Source: Spirochaetia bacterium
Lineage (GTDB): Bacteria; Spirochaetota; Spirochaetia; SZUA-6; Bin103
NCBI GenBank assembly: GCA_965203515.1
Contig: OZ241907.1
Location: forward strand, 2,816,001 to 2,880,000
Reading direction: 5' to 3'
Length of the DNA stretch: 64,000 bases
In this document: positions 18,560 to 28,226 of the stretch, piece by piece
How the letters are laid out: each line of letters opens with the position of its first letter
How positions within the stretch are numbered: the first letter of the stretch is position 1
Translations under genes and position numbers: made by a program
Notes under the pieces: generated by a model
What the model saw: only the letters and a program-made list of their open reading frames with translations
The model's database searches: none
Told to the model about the DNA's origin: nothing

Positions 18560-19828
18560 ATGGCACCGGTAGCGCGCGTCAAGGGGACGCAGGATTTCTA
18601 TCCCGACGACTGGGCGCAGCAGCTCGCCCTGCGAGAGACGATGCTCGCGGCGGGCCGCGCCTACGGCTACCGGGAATACGAAGGGCCGGCGGTCGAGTAC
18701 CTGGACCTCTACCTGGGCAAGAGCAGCGAGGAGATCGTCGCTCGGCAGACCTTCCGCATTCAGGACCGGGACGGCAAGGAGCTGCTGCTGCGCCCGGAGC
18801 TGACGCCGACGCTGGCGCGCATGATCGCCGCCCGCGAGCAGGAGATCCCGCTGCCGGCGCGGTGGCAGTCGTGGGGTCAGTTCTTCCGCTACGAACGGCC
18901 GCAGCGCGGCCGCGGGCGGTCGTTCTTTCAGTGGAACGTCGACCTGCTCGGCAGCGAGAGCGCGCACGCCGACGCCGAAGTGATCCAGGTGGCCTGCGAG
19001 TTGTTCACCGCGCTCGGGCTGGAGGCGGCCGACGTGCGCATCAAGGTCAACGACCGCGCGGCGCTGGAGGCCGATCTGACCGGCGGTCTGGGCGTCCCGG
19101 CCGAGTCGGTGCGGGGCGTGCTGCAGGTGATCGACCGTCTGGACAAGGTCGGCGCGGGCCGAGCTCAGGGCCAGATGACGGCGTTGGGTCTGGCCCCGGG
19201 TCAGGCCGATGAGGTGATCGCCTTCGTGCAGGCGCCGGTCGCCGACCCGCCGGAGCGTCTGGCGGCGATCGTCGAGCAGCTCGCGATCACCGGCCACGAC
19301 CGGTACGTGACGCTCGACCGCGGCATCGCGCGCGGCTTCGACTACTACACCGGCACCGTGTTCGAGGCGTGGGCGGCCGGCGGGCTGCGGCGCGCCGTCT
19401 TCGGCGGCGGCCGCTACGACGACCTGACGCGGCAGGTGGGCGGCAAGCGGCGCGTGCCGGGGGTCGGCATGGCGGTGGGCGACATGGCGCTGCTGGAGCT
19501 GCTGCGCGAGCTGGACCGGGTGCCGGCTCCGGCGCGGGCGGCGCCCGACGTGCTGGTCACCGTCTTCGGGGCCGAGCAGCAGCAGGCGTCGGCGCGCATC
19601 GCCGACCGCCTGCGCCGGCATGGCGTGGCGGTCGAACTGGCGCTGGACCCGGGGCAACGCCTGGAGCGTCAGCTCCGGCATGCCGACCGGACCGGCGCGC
19701 GCTATGCGCTCATCATCGGCCCGGACGAGGCGGCCGCCGGCACCGTGCTGGTCAAGGACCTGACCGAACGGAGGCAGGAGCACCTGCCGGCGGACGATGC
19801 CGACGCGCTGGCCGCCCGGCTGGGCTAG
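18560..19828 (+). CDS. hisS: Histidyl-tRNA synthetase
   Basis: KGTQDF, LRPELT, FRYERPQRGR, RGFDYYTG, GGGRYD, C-terminal anticodon-binding domain. Confidence 0.95.
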   Translation: MAPVARVKGTQDFYPDDWAQQLALRETMLAAGRAYGYREYEGPAVEYLDLYLGKSSEEIVARQTFRIQDRDGKELLLRPELTPTLARMIAAREQEIPLPARWQSWGQFFRYERPQRGRGRSFFQWNVDLLGSESAHADAEVIQVACELFTALGLEAADVRIKVNDRAALEADLTGGLGVPAESVRGVLQVIDRLDKVGAGRAQGQMTALGLAPGQADEVIAFVQAPVADPPERLAAIVEQLAITGHDRYVTLDRGIARGFDYYTGTVFEAWAAGGLRRAVFGGGRYDDLTRQVGGKRRVPGVGMAVGDMALLELLRELDRVPAPARAAPDVLVTVFGAEQQQASARIADRLRRHGVAVELALDPGQRLERQLRHADRTGARYALIIGPDEAAAGTVLVKDLTERRQEHLPADDADALAARLG

Positions 19829-19868
19829 GCTAGGCGGGGCCGGCGCGTAGCGCCCGGCCCGCGGAGTC

Positions 19869-20519
19869 TCAGGCGGCCTTGTCCACGGAGACGATGCACG
19901 GCAGGTGGCGCAGCGCGCCGGCCGCGTCCAGGCCGTAGCCGGCGACCCATACGTCCGGTATCTCGAACCCCACCAGGTCGGGGGCCGCCTTGGCGCGTTG
20001 CGCCCGGACGTGCGGTTGGGGGGCGTCGAGCCGCTTGTTCAGCAGCACGCAGACCTGCACGTTGCGCACGCCCCACTCCGCCAGGCGGTCGCGCAGCGCC
20101 GCCAACGTGAAGCCGTGGTCCAGGATGTCGTCGACCAGCAGCATGGAGCGGCCGGCGACGTCGGACGGCTGCAGATCGACGATGACGCGCCGCTCGCCGG
20201 GGCCGTCCGCTCCCATCACGGAGCCGTAGGTGCTGGTCTTGGTCAGCGCGTAATGGACGTCCAGCGTGCTCTCCGCGGCCAGCGCCCGGCCCAGGTCGGC
20301 CGCGAACATGAACGCGCCGGTGAGCACCGGCGTTACCACCACCTCGGCTTCGCTCGGATAGCGCTCGGCCAGCAGCCGCGCCAGCTCGCGTATCCGTCGC
20401 TGCAGCGCCGCCTGCGGGATCAGTACGCGCTGCACGATGCCGCGCAGCGCGCGGGGGAGCGTGACGCCGTGCTGCGCGAGCGTAGCGCAGGCCGGATCGA
20501 TCCCGGTTTCGGGTACCAT
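19869..20519 (-). CDS. hpt: Hypoxanthine phosphoribosyltransferase
   Basis: VLTGAFMFAADL, LLVDDILDHGFTL, LLNK, WVAGYGLD, LRHLP; start uncertain. Confidence 0.85.
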   Translation of the reverse strand: MVPETGIDPACATLAQHGVTLPRALRGIVQRVLIPQAALQRRIRELARLLAERYPSEAEVVVTPVLTGAFMFAADLGRALAAESTLDVHYALTKTSTYGSVMGADGPGERRVIVDLQPSDVAGRSMLLVDDILDHGFTLAALRDRLAEWGVRNVQVCVLLNKRLDAPQPHVRAQRAKAAPDLVGFEIPDVWVAGYGLDAAGALRHLPCIVSVDKAA

Positions 20520-20608
20520 CGGCGAACGATACCCGTTGGCGCGGCATCGCGCACGGTCCGCCGGCCGCACGGCCTTGACCGGCGGCCGGCGGACGCCAGA
20601 ATGACGCC

Positions 20609-21736
20609 GTGCCAAGGCCGCCTGGGATACCGGATCGGGACTGGAACGACTGGCGGTGGCAACTGCGCAACCGGATCACGTCGATCGGCGATCTGAGGCG
20701 ATACGTCGACGTGAGCCCGGCGGAACAGGCCGGCATCGAGGCGGCCGGCGCCCGGTACCGGTGGGCGGTGACCCCGTACTACGCCGCGTTGATGGATCGG
20801 GACGACCCGGATTGCCCGCTGCGCCGGCAGCAGGTGCCGGCCGCGCAGGAGCTGGCCGACGACCTGGGGGCCGAGGACCCGCTGCTGGAAGGGGAGCACT
20901 CGCCGGTGGCCGCGATCGTCCACGTCTACCCCGACCGCGTCGCCTTCAAGATCACCAACGTCTGCCCCACCTACTGCCGCTACTGCTTTCGCGAGTACTT
21001 CGTCGGCAACGTCGAGGCGCACCACACGCGCGCCGCCGTGCAGGAGGGGATCGACTACATCGCCCGCACGCCGGCGATCCGCGACGTGCTGGTCACCGGC
21101 GGCGACCCGCTGCTGTTCTCCGATGAGCGGCTGGACGACCTGCTGGGCCGGCTGCGCGCGATCGAGCACGTGCAGATCATCCGTACCGGCTCGCGCGTGC
21201 CGTGCACCCTGCCGCAACGCATCACGCCGGCGCTGTGCGAGGTGCTGAGCCGCCACCACCCGATCTGGCTCAACACGCACTTCAACCATCCGGCCGAGAT
21301 CACGCCGGAGGCGGCGGCGGCGTGCGACCGCCTGCTGCGCGCCGGGGTGCCGCTCGGCAACCAGACCGTGCTGCTCAAGGGGGTCAACGACGACCCGCAG
21401 GTGATGCTGGAGCTGGTCCATCGGCTGCTGGCGATCCGCGTGCGGCCCTATTACATCTTCCAGTGCCAGCTCGTGGCGGGAACCGCGCACCTGCGCACCT
21501 CGATCGAGGCCGGGCTGGCGATCGTTCAGGCGCTGCGCGGCCACACCACCGGCTTCGGGGTGCCGACCTACGTGCTCGACACCCCGTACGGCAAGGTGCC
21601 GCTGGCGCCGCAGTATCTGCTGGGCCGGTGCGGCGACGAGGTGGTGGTGCGTACCTACGAAGGCCGCATCTGGCGTGAACCGAATCCGCTCGACGGGCCG
21701 CCGCCGGCGGGCGCGGCGCTGCCGGCGCTATCATGA
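20609..21736 (+). CDS. KamA family radical SAM protein (lysine 2,3-aminomutase-like)
   Basis: WNDWRWQ, CPTYCRYC, TGGDP, HFNHP, NQTVLLKGVND, PYY, GKVP. Confidence 0.9.
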   Translation: MPRPPGIPDRDWNDWRWQLRNRITSIGDLRRYVDVSPAEQAGIEAAGARYRWAVTPYYAALMDRDDPDCPLRRQQVPAAQELADDLGAEDPLLEGEHSPVAAIVHVYPDRVAFKITNVCPTYCRYCFREYFVGNVEAHHTRAAVQEGIDYIARTPAIRDVLVTGGDPLLFSDERLDDLLGRLRAIEHVQIIRTGSRVPCTLPQRITPALCEVLSRHHPIWLNTHFNHPAEITPEAAAACDRLLRAGVPLGNQTVLLKGVNDDPQVMLELVHRLLAIRVRPYYIFQCQLVAGTAHLRTSIEAGLAIVQALRGHTTGFGVPTYVLDTPYGKVPLAPQYLLGRCGDEVVVRTYEGRIWREPNPLDGPPPAGAALPALS

Positions 21737-21828
21737 CTCTCCATCAAGGTCGCCCCAGCCTTCAGCCTCGGCCTTGGCGATCAGCTCCCGGATCAATTTG
21801 AGTGAAGGGAGCATAGCTTGGCCGGCGG

Positions 21829-23289
21829 TTACGTCCGCCGCAGCGCGTCCCGGTTCAGATAGTCGGGCAGACCGTCCTGGTCGCGGTCTGCGGTGCCGGC
21901 ATCGCGGTTCAGGTAATCGGGCAGGCCGTCTCCATCACCGTCGCCGTCCGCACGGCGGTAGTTGCGGTCGCCGTCTCGCGGCGCCGGCTCGGACCCCGCG
22001 CCGGCGCCGCCGCCCAGGTCGAGGTCGCCTCGATAGCGGCGCAGTATCATGTCGGCGGTGACGCCGGCGTCGGCCGTGACGATCTCGGCAAGGCTGTACT
22101 TCGGCTTCACGGTCGTGATCCTGACGAAGCCGACCGGCAGCTCGAGACGGCCCAGGCTTTCGCCGGTGTCCGGGTCGACCAGCGTCGGGCCGAGCGCGAA
22201 CACCTCGAAGATATCGCCGGCCGCGACCGTGTTGCCGCCCCGGTTCACCGCCACCGTGCCGCCGCCGAGCGCCTGCAGGACGACCGGCGGGTAGATGTTC
22301 TCCGTCAACTCGTCGGCGATGCGGGCGGCGGCCTCGTCCAGCACCGCTTCGGCCAACTGCTCGGGCCACAGGTCTTCCTCCGCGACCTGCTCCAGCTCGA
22401 CCGCGGAGGACCACTTGACCTGCCGGGTGGCGACCGCCAGGACCGAAAAGCGCACCTGCGCCGCCGCCAGCACCCGCGTCCGGGTCTCTCCGGTGAGCTG
22501 GATGTTCGTGCGCCGCTCCTCCACCGCGATGCGGTCGACCGTGCCATACAGCAGGTAATCGGCGCCGAGCACCTTGCCCAGCCGCGCGCCTTCGGCCGCG
22601 TCCACGTCGGATGACTGCAGGAGCCGCTTCTCCTGCTCGTAGAGGTCCGGGGCGCGGCGGTCGAGCACCGCGAACCGCCGGCCCTGCGTGAGCAGCGACT
22701 CGATGCGCGCCCGGAAGCGGTCCTGCAGGTTGCGCATGAGATCGAAGTCGACCTCCACGCCGCGCCGCGCCGCGCCGCCGCCGGTGCGCTGCTCACGCTC
22801 GCCGCCGGCTCCGTACAGGTGCACCTCGTCGATCTCGAAGTCGAGCACCGCAAGCCGGCGCCGGTCCACGTCCGGCCCCGGCACGCGGTAGGACGCGTGG
22901 CTGACCCGCACCCGCACGCGCACGCCGCCGTCCTCCGGCGTCGAGCTCAGCACCTCGTAGCCGGTGAAGCGGCAGGCATCGCTGCCCAGGGAGATGCGGA
23001 TGTGCTCGTTGAGGCTTTCGACGACCTCCATGCCGTCCCCCCGGACGGCGAGCGAGACCGCCGAAGCGCTGTCCGACTCCAGGGTGACGCCGCAGACCTG
23101 GAACGCCGCCTGCTGCAGCGCCTTGCCGATCGCTTCCTGTCGATTCGATCCGACGCCGACCGCTTCGTGCAGCTCCGCCGCAACCTGCGCCTGGGCGCCC
23201 CCGCCGAGCAGCGCCCAGCCGAGCGCCGCTCCCGCGATCACCAGCGCGGAGCGGCGCCGGGGTCCGTGACGGTCAGAAATCGCTTGCAT
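21829..23289 (-). CDS. Secreted CsgG/HfaB-like domain protein with C-terminal DxDGLPDYL repeats
   Basis: Signal peptide ending AQA; RFAVLDR, GADYLLYG, DPDTGESLG; two D.DG/QDGLPDYLNRD repeats. Confidence 0.7.
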   Translation of the reverse strand: MQAISDRHGPRRRSALVIAGAALGWALLGGGAQAQVAAELHEAVGVGSNRQEAIGKALQQAAFQVCGVTLESDSASAVSLAVRGDGMEVVESLNEHIRISLGSDACRFTGYEVLSSTPEDGGVRVRVRVSHASYRVPGPDVDRRRLAVLDFEIDEVHLYGAGGEREQRTGGGAARRGVEVDFDLMRNLQDRFRARIESLLTQGRRFAVLDRRAPDLYEQEKRLLQSSDVDAAEGARLGKVLGADYLLYGTVDRIAVEERRTNIQLTGETRTRVLAAAQVRFSVLAVATRQVKWSSAVELEQVAEEDLWPEQLAEAVLDEAAARIADELTENIYPPVVLQALGGGTVAVNRGGNTVAAGDIFEVFALGPTLVDPDTGESLGRLELPVGFVRITTVKPKYSLAEIVTADAGVTADMILRRYRGDLDLGGGAGAGSEPAPRDGDRNYRRADGDGDGDGLPDYLNRDAGTADRDQDGLPDYLNRDALRRT

Positions 23290-24697
23290 CCATCAGATCC
23301 TTGCTCTGCACGGTGCCGCTCACGGTCGGTCTCGACGCCGGTTCGGCATCCGGCGCCGGCTCCGGCTCCGGCGCGGGATGCCTGGCCTCGAGTCCGAGGC
23401 TGGCGCGCACCGCATCTTCCCGCGCCGGCGACCAGTAGGCGACGGCCCCGGTCAGTTCCTGGTGCTCCGCCACCGGATGCCGCGCCGACCAGGTGCGCAG
23501 GATGTCGAGCCCGGTGAGCTGCACCGTCGACCTGGTCCTGGCTTCCTCGACCATCCGGTCGGCGATGTTCGTTCCCGCCACGTATTCGTGGAACCGGTCG
23601 GCGTCGACCTCGACCGCCTCCTCGATGGCGGCGCCCACGAAACTCGACGAGGTGAACTGCGCGTTGACCGTGACGAACTCCGCCAGGGAGCTCTTGGCCT
23701 GTATCTCCGCCTGGTTCCTGGCGAACCGGTAGCGGCGGTCCCGCTGGGCGGCGGTCAGCGCCTTCGACGACCAGCCCCATTGGCCGAACGAGACGATGAC
23801 CGGGTAGCCGTCCTCGTCCCACCATCGGCGGACGCCGAACTGCTCCACCAGGTCTTCGTCCGACAGCTCGCCGATCCGATCGCGGAGCGACACGCCGGCG
23901 CGCTCCGGGTCGGGCCGAATCGCATCGCCGTCCTGGATCCGCTGCGCCAGCTCGCGCATGCGCGTCGAGAACACCGCGACCACCCCGACCGTCGAGTTGC
24001 CGTCGCAGTCGACCGCCTCGAACGTCTTGATCGGGACGAGGCCGGACGCCCGCCCGAACGCGAGAGAGGTGACCTCACGGGCGAGCGCATCGCGGTACCG
24101 GGGGATCTTCTCCCGGACGGACAGCCCCGCGAGCTCATCGTCGCTCATGCCGGCCTCCCTGAGCTCCTGATCGAGCTTCATCTCCGCGAGCAGCGCTTCC
24201 TTCTCCTCGATCCGTTCCAGATAGGTAGCCGCATCCTCGTCCGACTCGAAGGCGATGGACGTCTCGTCCTGCAGCAGGTCGCGGACCGTCTCCGTGGTGA
24301 TCTCCTCGTTGGTCTGCCGCACGAACGCGCCCATCGCATCCAGGTAGGCTCGGGTATAGGCCAACGACCGCGCCTTTCCCCAGTCGCCGTGGTCGACGTG
24401 CACGCCGATCTCGGCCAGCCCCTCGATCACGCTGATGTTGCGCTGCCGCAGCGAGCGGACGGTCGGATCCTCGGCCTTCCAGTCCTGCATCATGTCGTCG
24501 ACGACGCGCATGGCGGTCTTGTCGACGTCGCACGCCGGGACGTCCGACCCGCCGGCGCCGGCGTCCTGCGCCAAGGCCGCCGGCGCGACGGCCAGCAACA
24601 GCGCAGCCGCCGGCAGCAGCGCTGCCGCCCTGACCGCCCGACCCGAGCCCCTGCCGCGCAGTACGCCCCGCACCGCTGCCGGTCCCCTCAGTTCCAC
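23273..24697 (-). CDS. Secreted uncharacterised protein (DUF6844-like) of the LpoB/CsgG cluster
   Basis: Signal peptide ...APAALA, acidic body, FGVR.W.DEDG.PVIVSFGQWG; start uncertain. Confidence 0.6.
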   Translation of the reverse strand: MELRGPAAVRGVLRGRGSGRAVRAAALLPAAALLLAVAPAALAQDAGAGGSDVPACDVDKTAMRVVDDMMQDWKAEDPTVRSLRQRNISVIEGLAEIGVHVDHGDWGKARSLAYTRAYLDAMGAFVRQTNEEITTETVRDLLQDETSIAFESDEDAATYLERIEEKEALLAEMKLDQELREAGMSDDELAGLSVREKIPRYRDALAREVTSLAFGRASGLVPIKTFEAVDCDGNSTVGVVAVFSTRMRELAQRIQDGDAIRPDPERAGVSLRDRIGELSDEDLVEQFGVRRWWDEDGYPVIVSFGQWGWSSKALTAAQRDRRYRFARNQAEIQAKSSLAEFVTVNAQFTSSSFVGAAIEEAVEVDADRFHEYVAGTNIADRMVEEARTRSTVQLTGLDILRTWSARHPVAEHQELTGAVAYWSPAREDAVRASLGLEARHPAPEPEPAPDAEPASRPTVSGTVQSKDLMDASDF

Positions 24698-25341
24698 GAG
24701 AAACTCCGGTTGCTGCCCAGCTTGGCGATCACCTGCTCGAACTCCCAATAGGCCAGACCGGTCTCGATGTTGGTGATCGTGAGCTGGAAGTAGTAGTCGA
24801 CCTGCTGGCCGTCGCCGACGCGGTTGGCGCGCTGGATGATCTTGCCCGACAGGCTCAGTTCGGGAGCCACCATGGTGCCGTCCTGGGCCACGGTCTCCTG
24901 ATTGAAGAGCCGCGAGTTCTGCAGCTCGCGGGTCCGTGCGCTCAAGGGGTCTTCCGGGCCTTCCAGACCGACCGCGGTGGTGACGATCACCCGCCCGCTG
25001 TTCAGGAGGTCGACGCGGATCTTCTTGACGAGCTGGTCGGTGTCGATGTCGAGCGCCGTGTCGTTGATCATGCGGCTGATAGCCATCACCCACGGCGCCG
25101 TGCTGCCCGGCTTGCGGGACAACGGACTGCTCAGAAAGGAGGCGACCGCCTGTTCCGCCGCGAACTCGAAGTCCCGATAGTCCAGCCCCAGCGTGGTCCG
25201 CTCGCCGGGTTGCGGCGCCGGCGCCGGCGGGCTGGAGGGCGACCGGGTGTCGAGGTAGACGGTACCGGGATCGGTGGCGCATCCCACCAGAGCCGCCAGC
25301 GCGACGACGATAGCGATCGGGACGGACGGTTTGATCTTCAT
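24688..25341 (-). CDS. LpoB-like lipoprotein
   Basis: Lipobox LVGC; LDYRDFE, NDT..IDT, LSLSGKI, YYFQL...TG..W. Confidence 0.75.
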   Translation of the reverse strand: MKIKPSVPIAIVVALAALVGCATDPGTVYLDTRSPSSPPAPAPQPGERTTLGLDYRDFEFAAEQAVASFLSSPLSRKPGSTAPWVMAISRMINDTALDIDTDQLVKKIRVDLLNSGRVIVTTAVGLEGPEDPLSARTRELQNSRLFNQETVAQDGTMVAPELSLSGKIIQRANRVGDGQQVDYYFQLTITNIETGLAYWEFEQVIAKLGSNRSFSWN

Positions 25342-25369
25342 GTCTTCAATATAGCGGCGCCGGCCGGTT

Positions 25370-26842
25370 TCAGCCACCGATCGCCGACGCGTGCACCACC
25401 GGCGGCGCGTCGCGAACTATGGTCTTCACCTGCACCAGGACGAAGCGTCCGCTCGGCAACGCGACGTCGATTTCGGCGCCGCCGGCCGCCACGCGAATCC
25501 GGTCATCGGGCGGCCGCGGCAGGCTGGCGATGCCGATCGAGTGCGGCAGCGCGCGCCAGATACGGGTGTCGGCCTGGGTGACTACCGCGGAGGCGATCGG
25601 CGCGAAGACGCCGATGATCTCTCCCAAGGCGCCGGTATCCCGGGTCTCCTCCTGGATCGCCACCTGCAGGAGGGTGCGAACCACCGTGCCGGCCACCGCC
25701 TTGGCGACGACGCCGTCATAGCCGGCGCGAAACTCGGTGGCGGCGTACCGGTCGACATCGAGCAGCCGCTCGGTCCGGTACTCCTGTCCCCCGGCGCGGA
25801 CGCGCAGGGAAGCCGATGCCGGTCTGCCCGCGTGGAGATCGGGCAGCGCCACGGAGACCAGCAGGAAGCGATCGCGGCTGATGAAGACCGGCAGGTCGAA
25901 GCGGAACTGGTCGAGATACGGCCCGGTTCCATCCTCGTGCACGACCCATACCCGGTCATCGACGGCGGCCGCCCCGCCGGCGGCCTGCTCGGCCGCCACC
26001 AGATCGGCGATCACGTGGCGGTTGCGCCGGCCGTCCAGGGCGGCGGCGTTGCGGAAGAGGTCGGACGCCCGGTTCGCTTCTCCGGTCGCCAGCCGGAACG
26101 CGCCGTGCAGCCAATCGGTGAACGGATTGCGCAGGCCGCGATACGCTCCGAGCGACTCGACCGCCTGCAGGCGCCGGGCGATCGGCCCGTCGGGATCCAT
26201 CGCCTCGTCGAGCGAGCGGTCGATGTTCTCGCGGTACTCCTCCTCATCCTCCTCCTGCGCGCGCAGCGCCTGCACCTTGGCGGCGAGCTGGTCCACGGCG
26301 TTGGCCTGCCGCTGGTTGGCCCGGTTCAGCTCCACCCGGGCGCGCGCCGCGTCGCCGATCATCAGCGCGTTGGCCGCTTTGTAGGTATTGACCAGCACCC
26401 CCTCGTAGATGGTCCCTCGATAGGAGACCATCAGGTCGTTGCCCACCAGGGTGAGGCCCGCCGCCAGCAGGTCTTCGACGCCGGCGATGGAGTCCGACTT
26501 CCACAGGAGCTGCGACTCGGCGCGATCGAACGCGGTCTGCGAGGTCGGAAACCGGCCGGACGCGCGCAGCGCCATGGCGGCGTGCAGGGAGCTCAGGAGC
26601 TGATCCTCAGGGTAATCGAGCCCGGACGCGCCGCCGATCACGGCGCTCGCCGCATCGTAGTCGCCGGCGGCGTAGCTGGTCAGAAACGTCTCGGTCTGGC
26701 GGATGTCCGAGAACCCCGCGCACCCCCAAAGCAGTGCGGCGACGGCCAGGGCGACAACGGCCCGGGCCACCGCAGTCCGCGGCGCCGGCGCCCGGCGCCG
26801 CCCCGACCCCCGCGCGGCCGGCGGTCCTCTCAATGCTTCCAC
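25370..26842 (-). CDS. COG3014-like TPR-type lipoprotein
   Basis: Lipobox LWGC; YEGVLVNTYKA, ARVELNRA, NPF, ADTRIWRALP; start uncertain. Confidence 0.7.
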   Translation of the reverse strand: MEALRGPPAARGSGRRRAPAPRTAVARAVVALAVAALLWGCAGFSDIRQTETFLTSYAAGDYDAASAVIGGASGLDYPEDQLLSSLHAAMALRASGRFPTSQTAFDRAESQLLWKSDSIAGVEDLLAAGLTLVGNDLMVSYRGTIYEGVLVNTYKAANALMIGDAARARVELNRANQRQANAVDQLAAKVQALRAQEEDEEEYRENIDRSLDEAMDPDGPIARRLQAVESLGAYRGLRNPFTDWLHGAFRLATGEANRASDLFRNAAALDGRRNRHVIADLVAAEQAAGGAAAVDDRVWVVHEDGTGPYLDQFRFDLPVFISRDRFLLVSVALPDLHAGRPASASLRVRAGGQEYRTERLLDVDRYAATEFRAGYDGVVAKAVAGTVVRTLLQVAIQEETRDTGALGEIIGVFAPIASAVVTQADTRIWRALPHSIGIASLPRPPDDRIRVAAGGAEIDVALPSGRFVLVQVKTIVRDAPPVVHASAIGG

Positions 26843-26877
26843 GCCGACGCAGTGTGCGCCGCGCAGGCCGCGCCCGG

Positions 26878-27789
26878 CTACTGCCGCGGCGCGCGCAACT
26901 CGTCCAGCTCCTGCAGGCTGCGCGGCCAGTCGCCCTTGAGCAGCCGCGACAGGGCGCGGTCCGCCAGCAGCTTGCCGCCGGTCTGGCACGCCGGGCAGTA
27001 GTTGCATTCGTTGGCGGCGTAGACGATGCGCTGCACGGGCGTGGCGCAACGCGGGCACGGTTGGCCGAACTTGCCGTGCACGGCCATCTCCGGGCGGAAC
27101 GCCGTGACCCGCTCCGGGAAGCGTTCACCGGCCTGTTCGCGCAGCCGCCCGATCCAGAGGGTGAGCACCCGCCGCGCCGACGCATGCAGCCGCGCCGTCT
27201 CCTGCTCGGTGAGGCGGCTGGTCCACTTCAGCGGCGACAGCCGCGCGTCGTGCAGTATCTCGTCCGAATAGGCGTTGCCGATCCCGGAGCAGAGGCGCGG
27301 GTCGGTGAGCGCACGCTTGACGGTGTGATTCTCGGCCAGCAGCGCGCGGCGGAACGCCGGCCGGTCGGCGGCGAGCACGTCGATGCCGCCGCGGTCGAGC
27401 GCCCGCAGCGCCGGCGCGCCGCGCAGCAGGTGCAGGGCGGCGCGGCGCCTGGCCCCCTGCTCGGTCAGGATCAGGGTCCCGGCGTCGAAGCGAAACGCGG
27501 CCAGCCCCACGCGGCGCGGGATCGGCGCGGCGGACGCTCCCTCCTTCCAGCGAAGGCGTCCGGCGATCATCAAGTGGAGTACCAGATGCAGGTCCCCCTC
27601 CAGGCCGAAGGCGATGCGCTTGCCGACCAGGCCGATCGACTCGACGCGCGCGTCTTCGGCCGCCGCCAGCGGCGGATCGCTGGTCTTCAGCAGGTTGGGG
27701 CTGGCCACCGTAATCCGCCGCAGCCGCTCGCCCGCCACGCGCCGCGCCAGATGGTCGCGGTACAGGACCAGATCCGGCAGTTCCGGCAT
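26878..27789 (-). CDS. Fpg/Nei family DNA glycosylase
   Basis: N-terminal PELP, HLMIAG, SGIGNAYSDEIL, zinc finger CPRC...CPAC. Confidence 0.92.
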   Translation of the reverse strand: MPELPDLVLYRDHLARRVAGERLRRITVASPNLLKTSDPPLAAAEDARVESIGLVGKRIAFGLEGDLHLVLHLMIAGRLRWKEGASAAPIPRRVGLAAFRFDAGTLILTEQGARRRAALHLLRGAPALRALDRGGIDVLAADRPAFRRALLAENHTVKRALTDPRLCSGIGNAYSDEILHDARLSPLKWTSRLTEQETARLHASARRVLTLWIGRLREQAGERFPERVTAFRPEMAVHGKFGQPCPRCATPVQRIVYAANECNYCPACQTGGKLLADRALSRLLKGDWPRSLQELDELRAPRQ

Positions 27790-27798
27790 CGGCCGCCG

Positions 27799-28128
27799 TC
27801 AGGCGATGAGATCGTAGACCGTCATCAGGATGCCGAGTAACACGAAGCCGCCGCCGACCAGCCACTGCATTCCGCTGAAACGCTTGTTCATATCCTCGAA
27901 ACGGACGTCGATCGCCGTGAAGCGGGCCTCCATCAGCTCGCGTTGCGCCTTGAGCTCCTGTCGCTGGACGACCAACTCCTGCTCGATCCGCTCCATGCGC
28001 GCCAGGATCTGCGGAACGGCTACCACCTGCGGCGCTACCTCCACGAGCCAGCCGTGCAGGTTGACCTTCACGTAGTCGCCGATGCGGCGCAGATCGGATG
28101 CGTCGAGCGCCATGCGTGCCTCATTCAT
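27799..28128 (-). CDS. Small coiled-coil protein with C-terminal TM helix (Bdr/DUF1640-like), paralogue 1
   Basis: Heptad coiled coil ending RFEDMNKRF, then hydrophobic C-terminus; strong similarity to 32445-32852. Confidence 0.7.
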   Translation of the reverse strand: MNEARMALDASDLRRIGDYVKVNLHGWLVEVAPQVVAVPQILARMERIEQELVVQRQELKAQRELMEARFTAIDVRFEDMNKRFSGMQWLVGGGFVLLGILMTVYDLIA

Positions 28129-28226
28129 ACCATACCCTCACACCGAGGCAATGCGAACGCCGGCCGCCGCGCTTCAATCCCGGCGCGCGCCTTTCGGCAG
28201 AGCGCGCGCGGGCGTATGCTCCCCCC

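Noticed and set aside
20609..21736. EpmB (EF-P modification) assignment
   Set aside because: No efp or epmA nearby; only a family-level KamA call is supported
28165..28212. gcttcaatcc plus hairpin resembling a CRISPR repeat end (also at ~32890)
   Set aside because: Isolated copies 4.7 kb apart, explained by shared upstream sequence of the two paralogues
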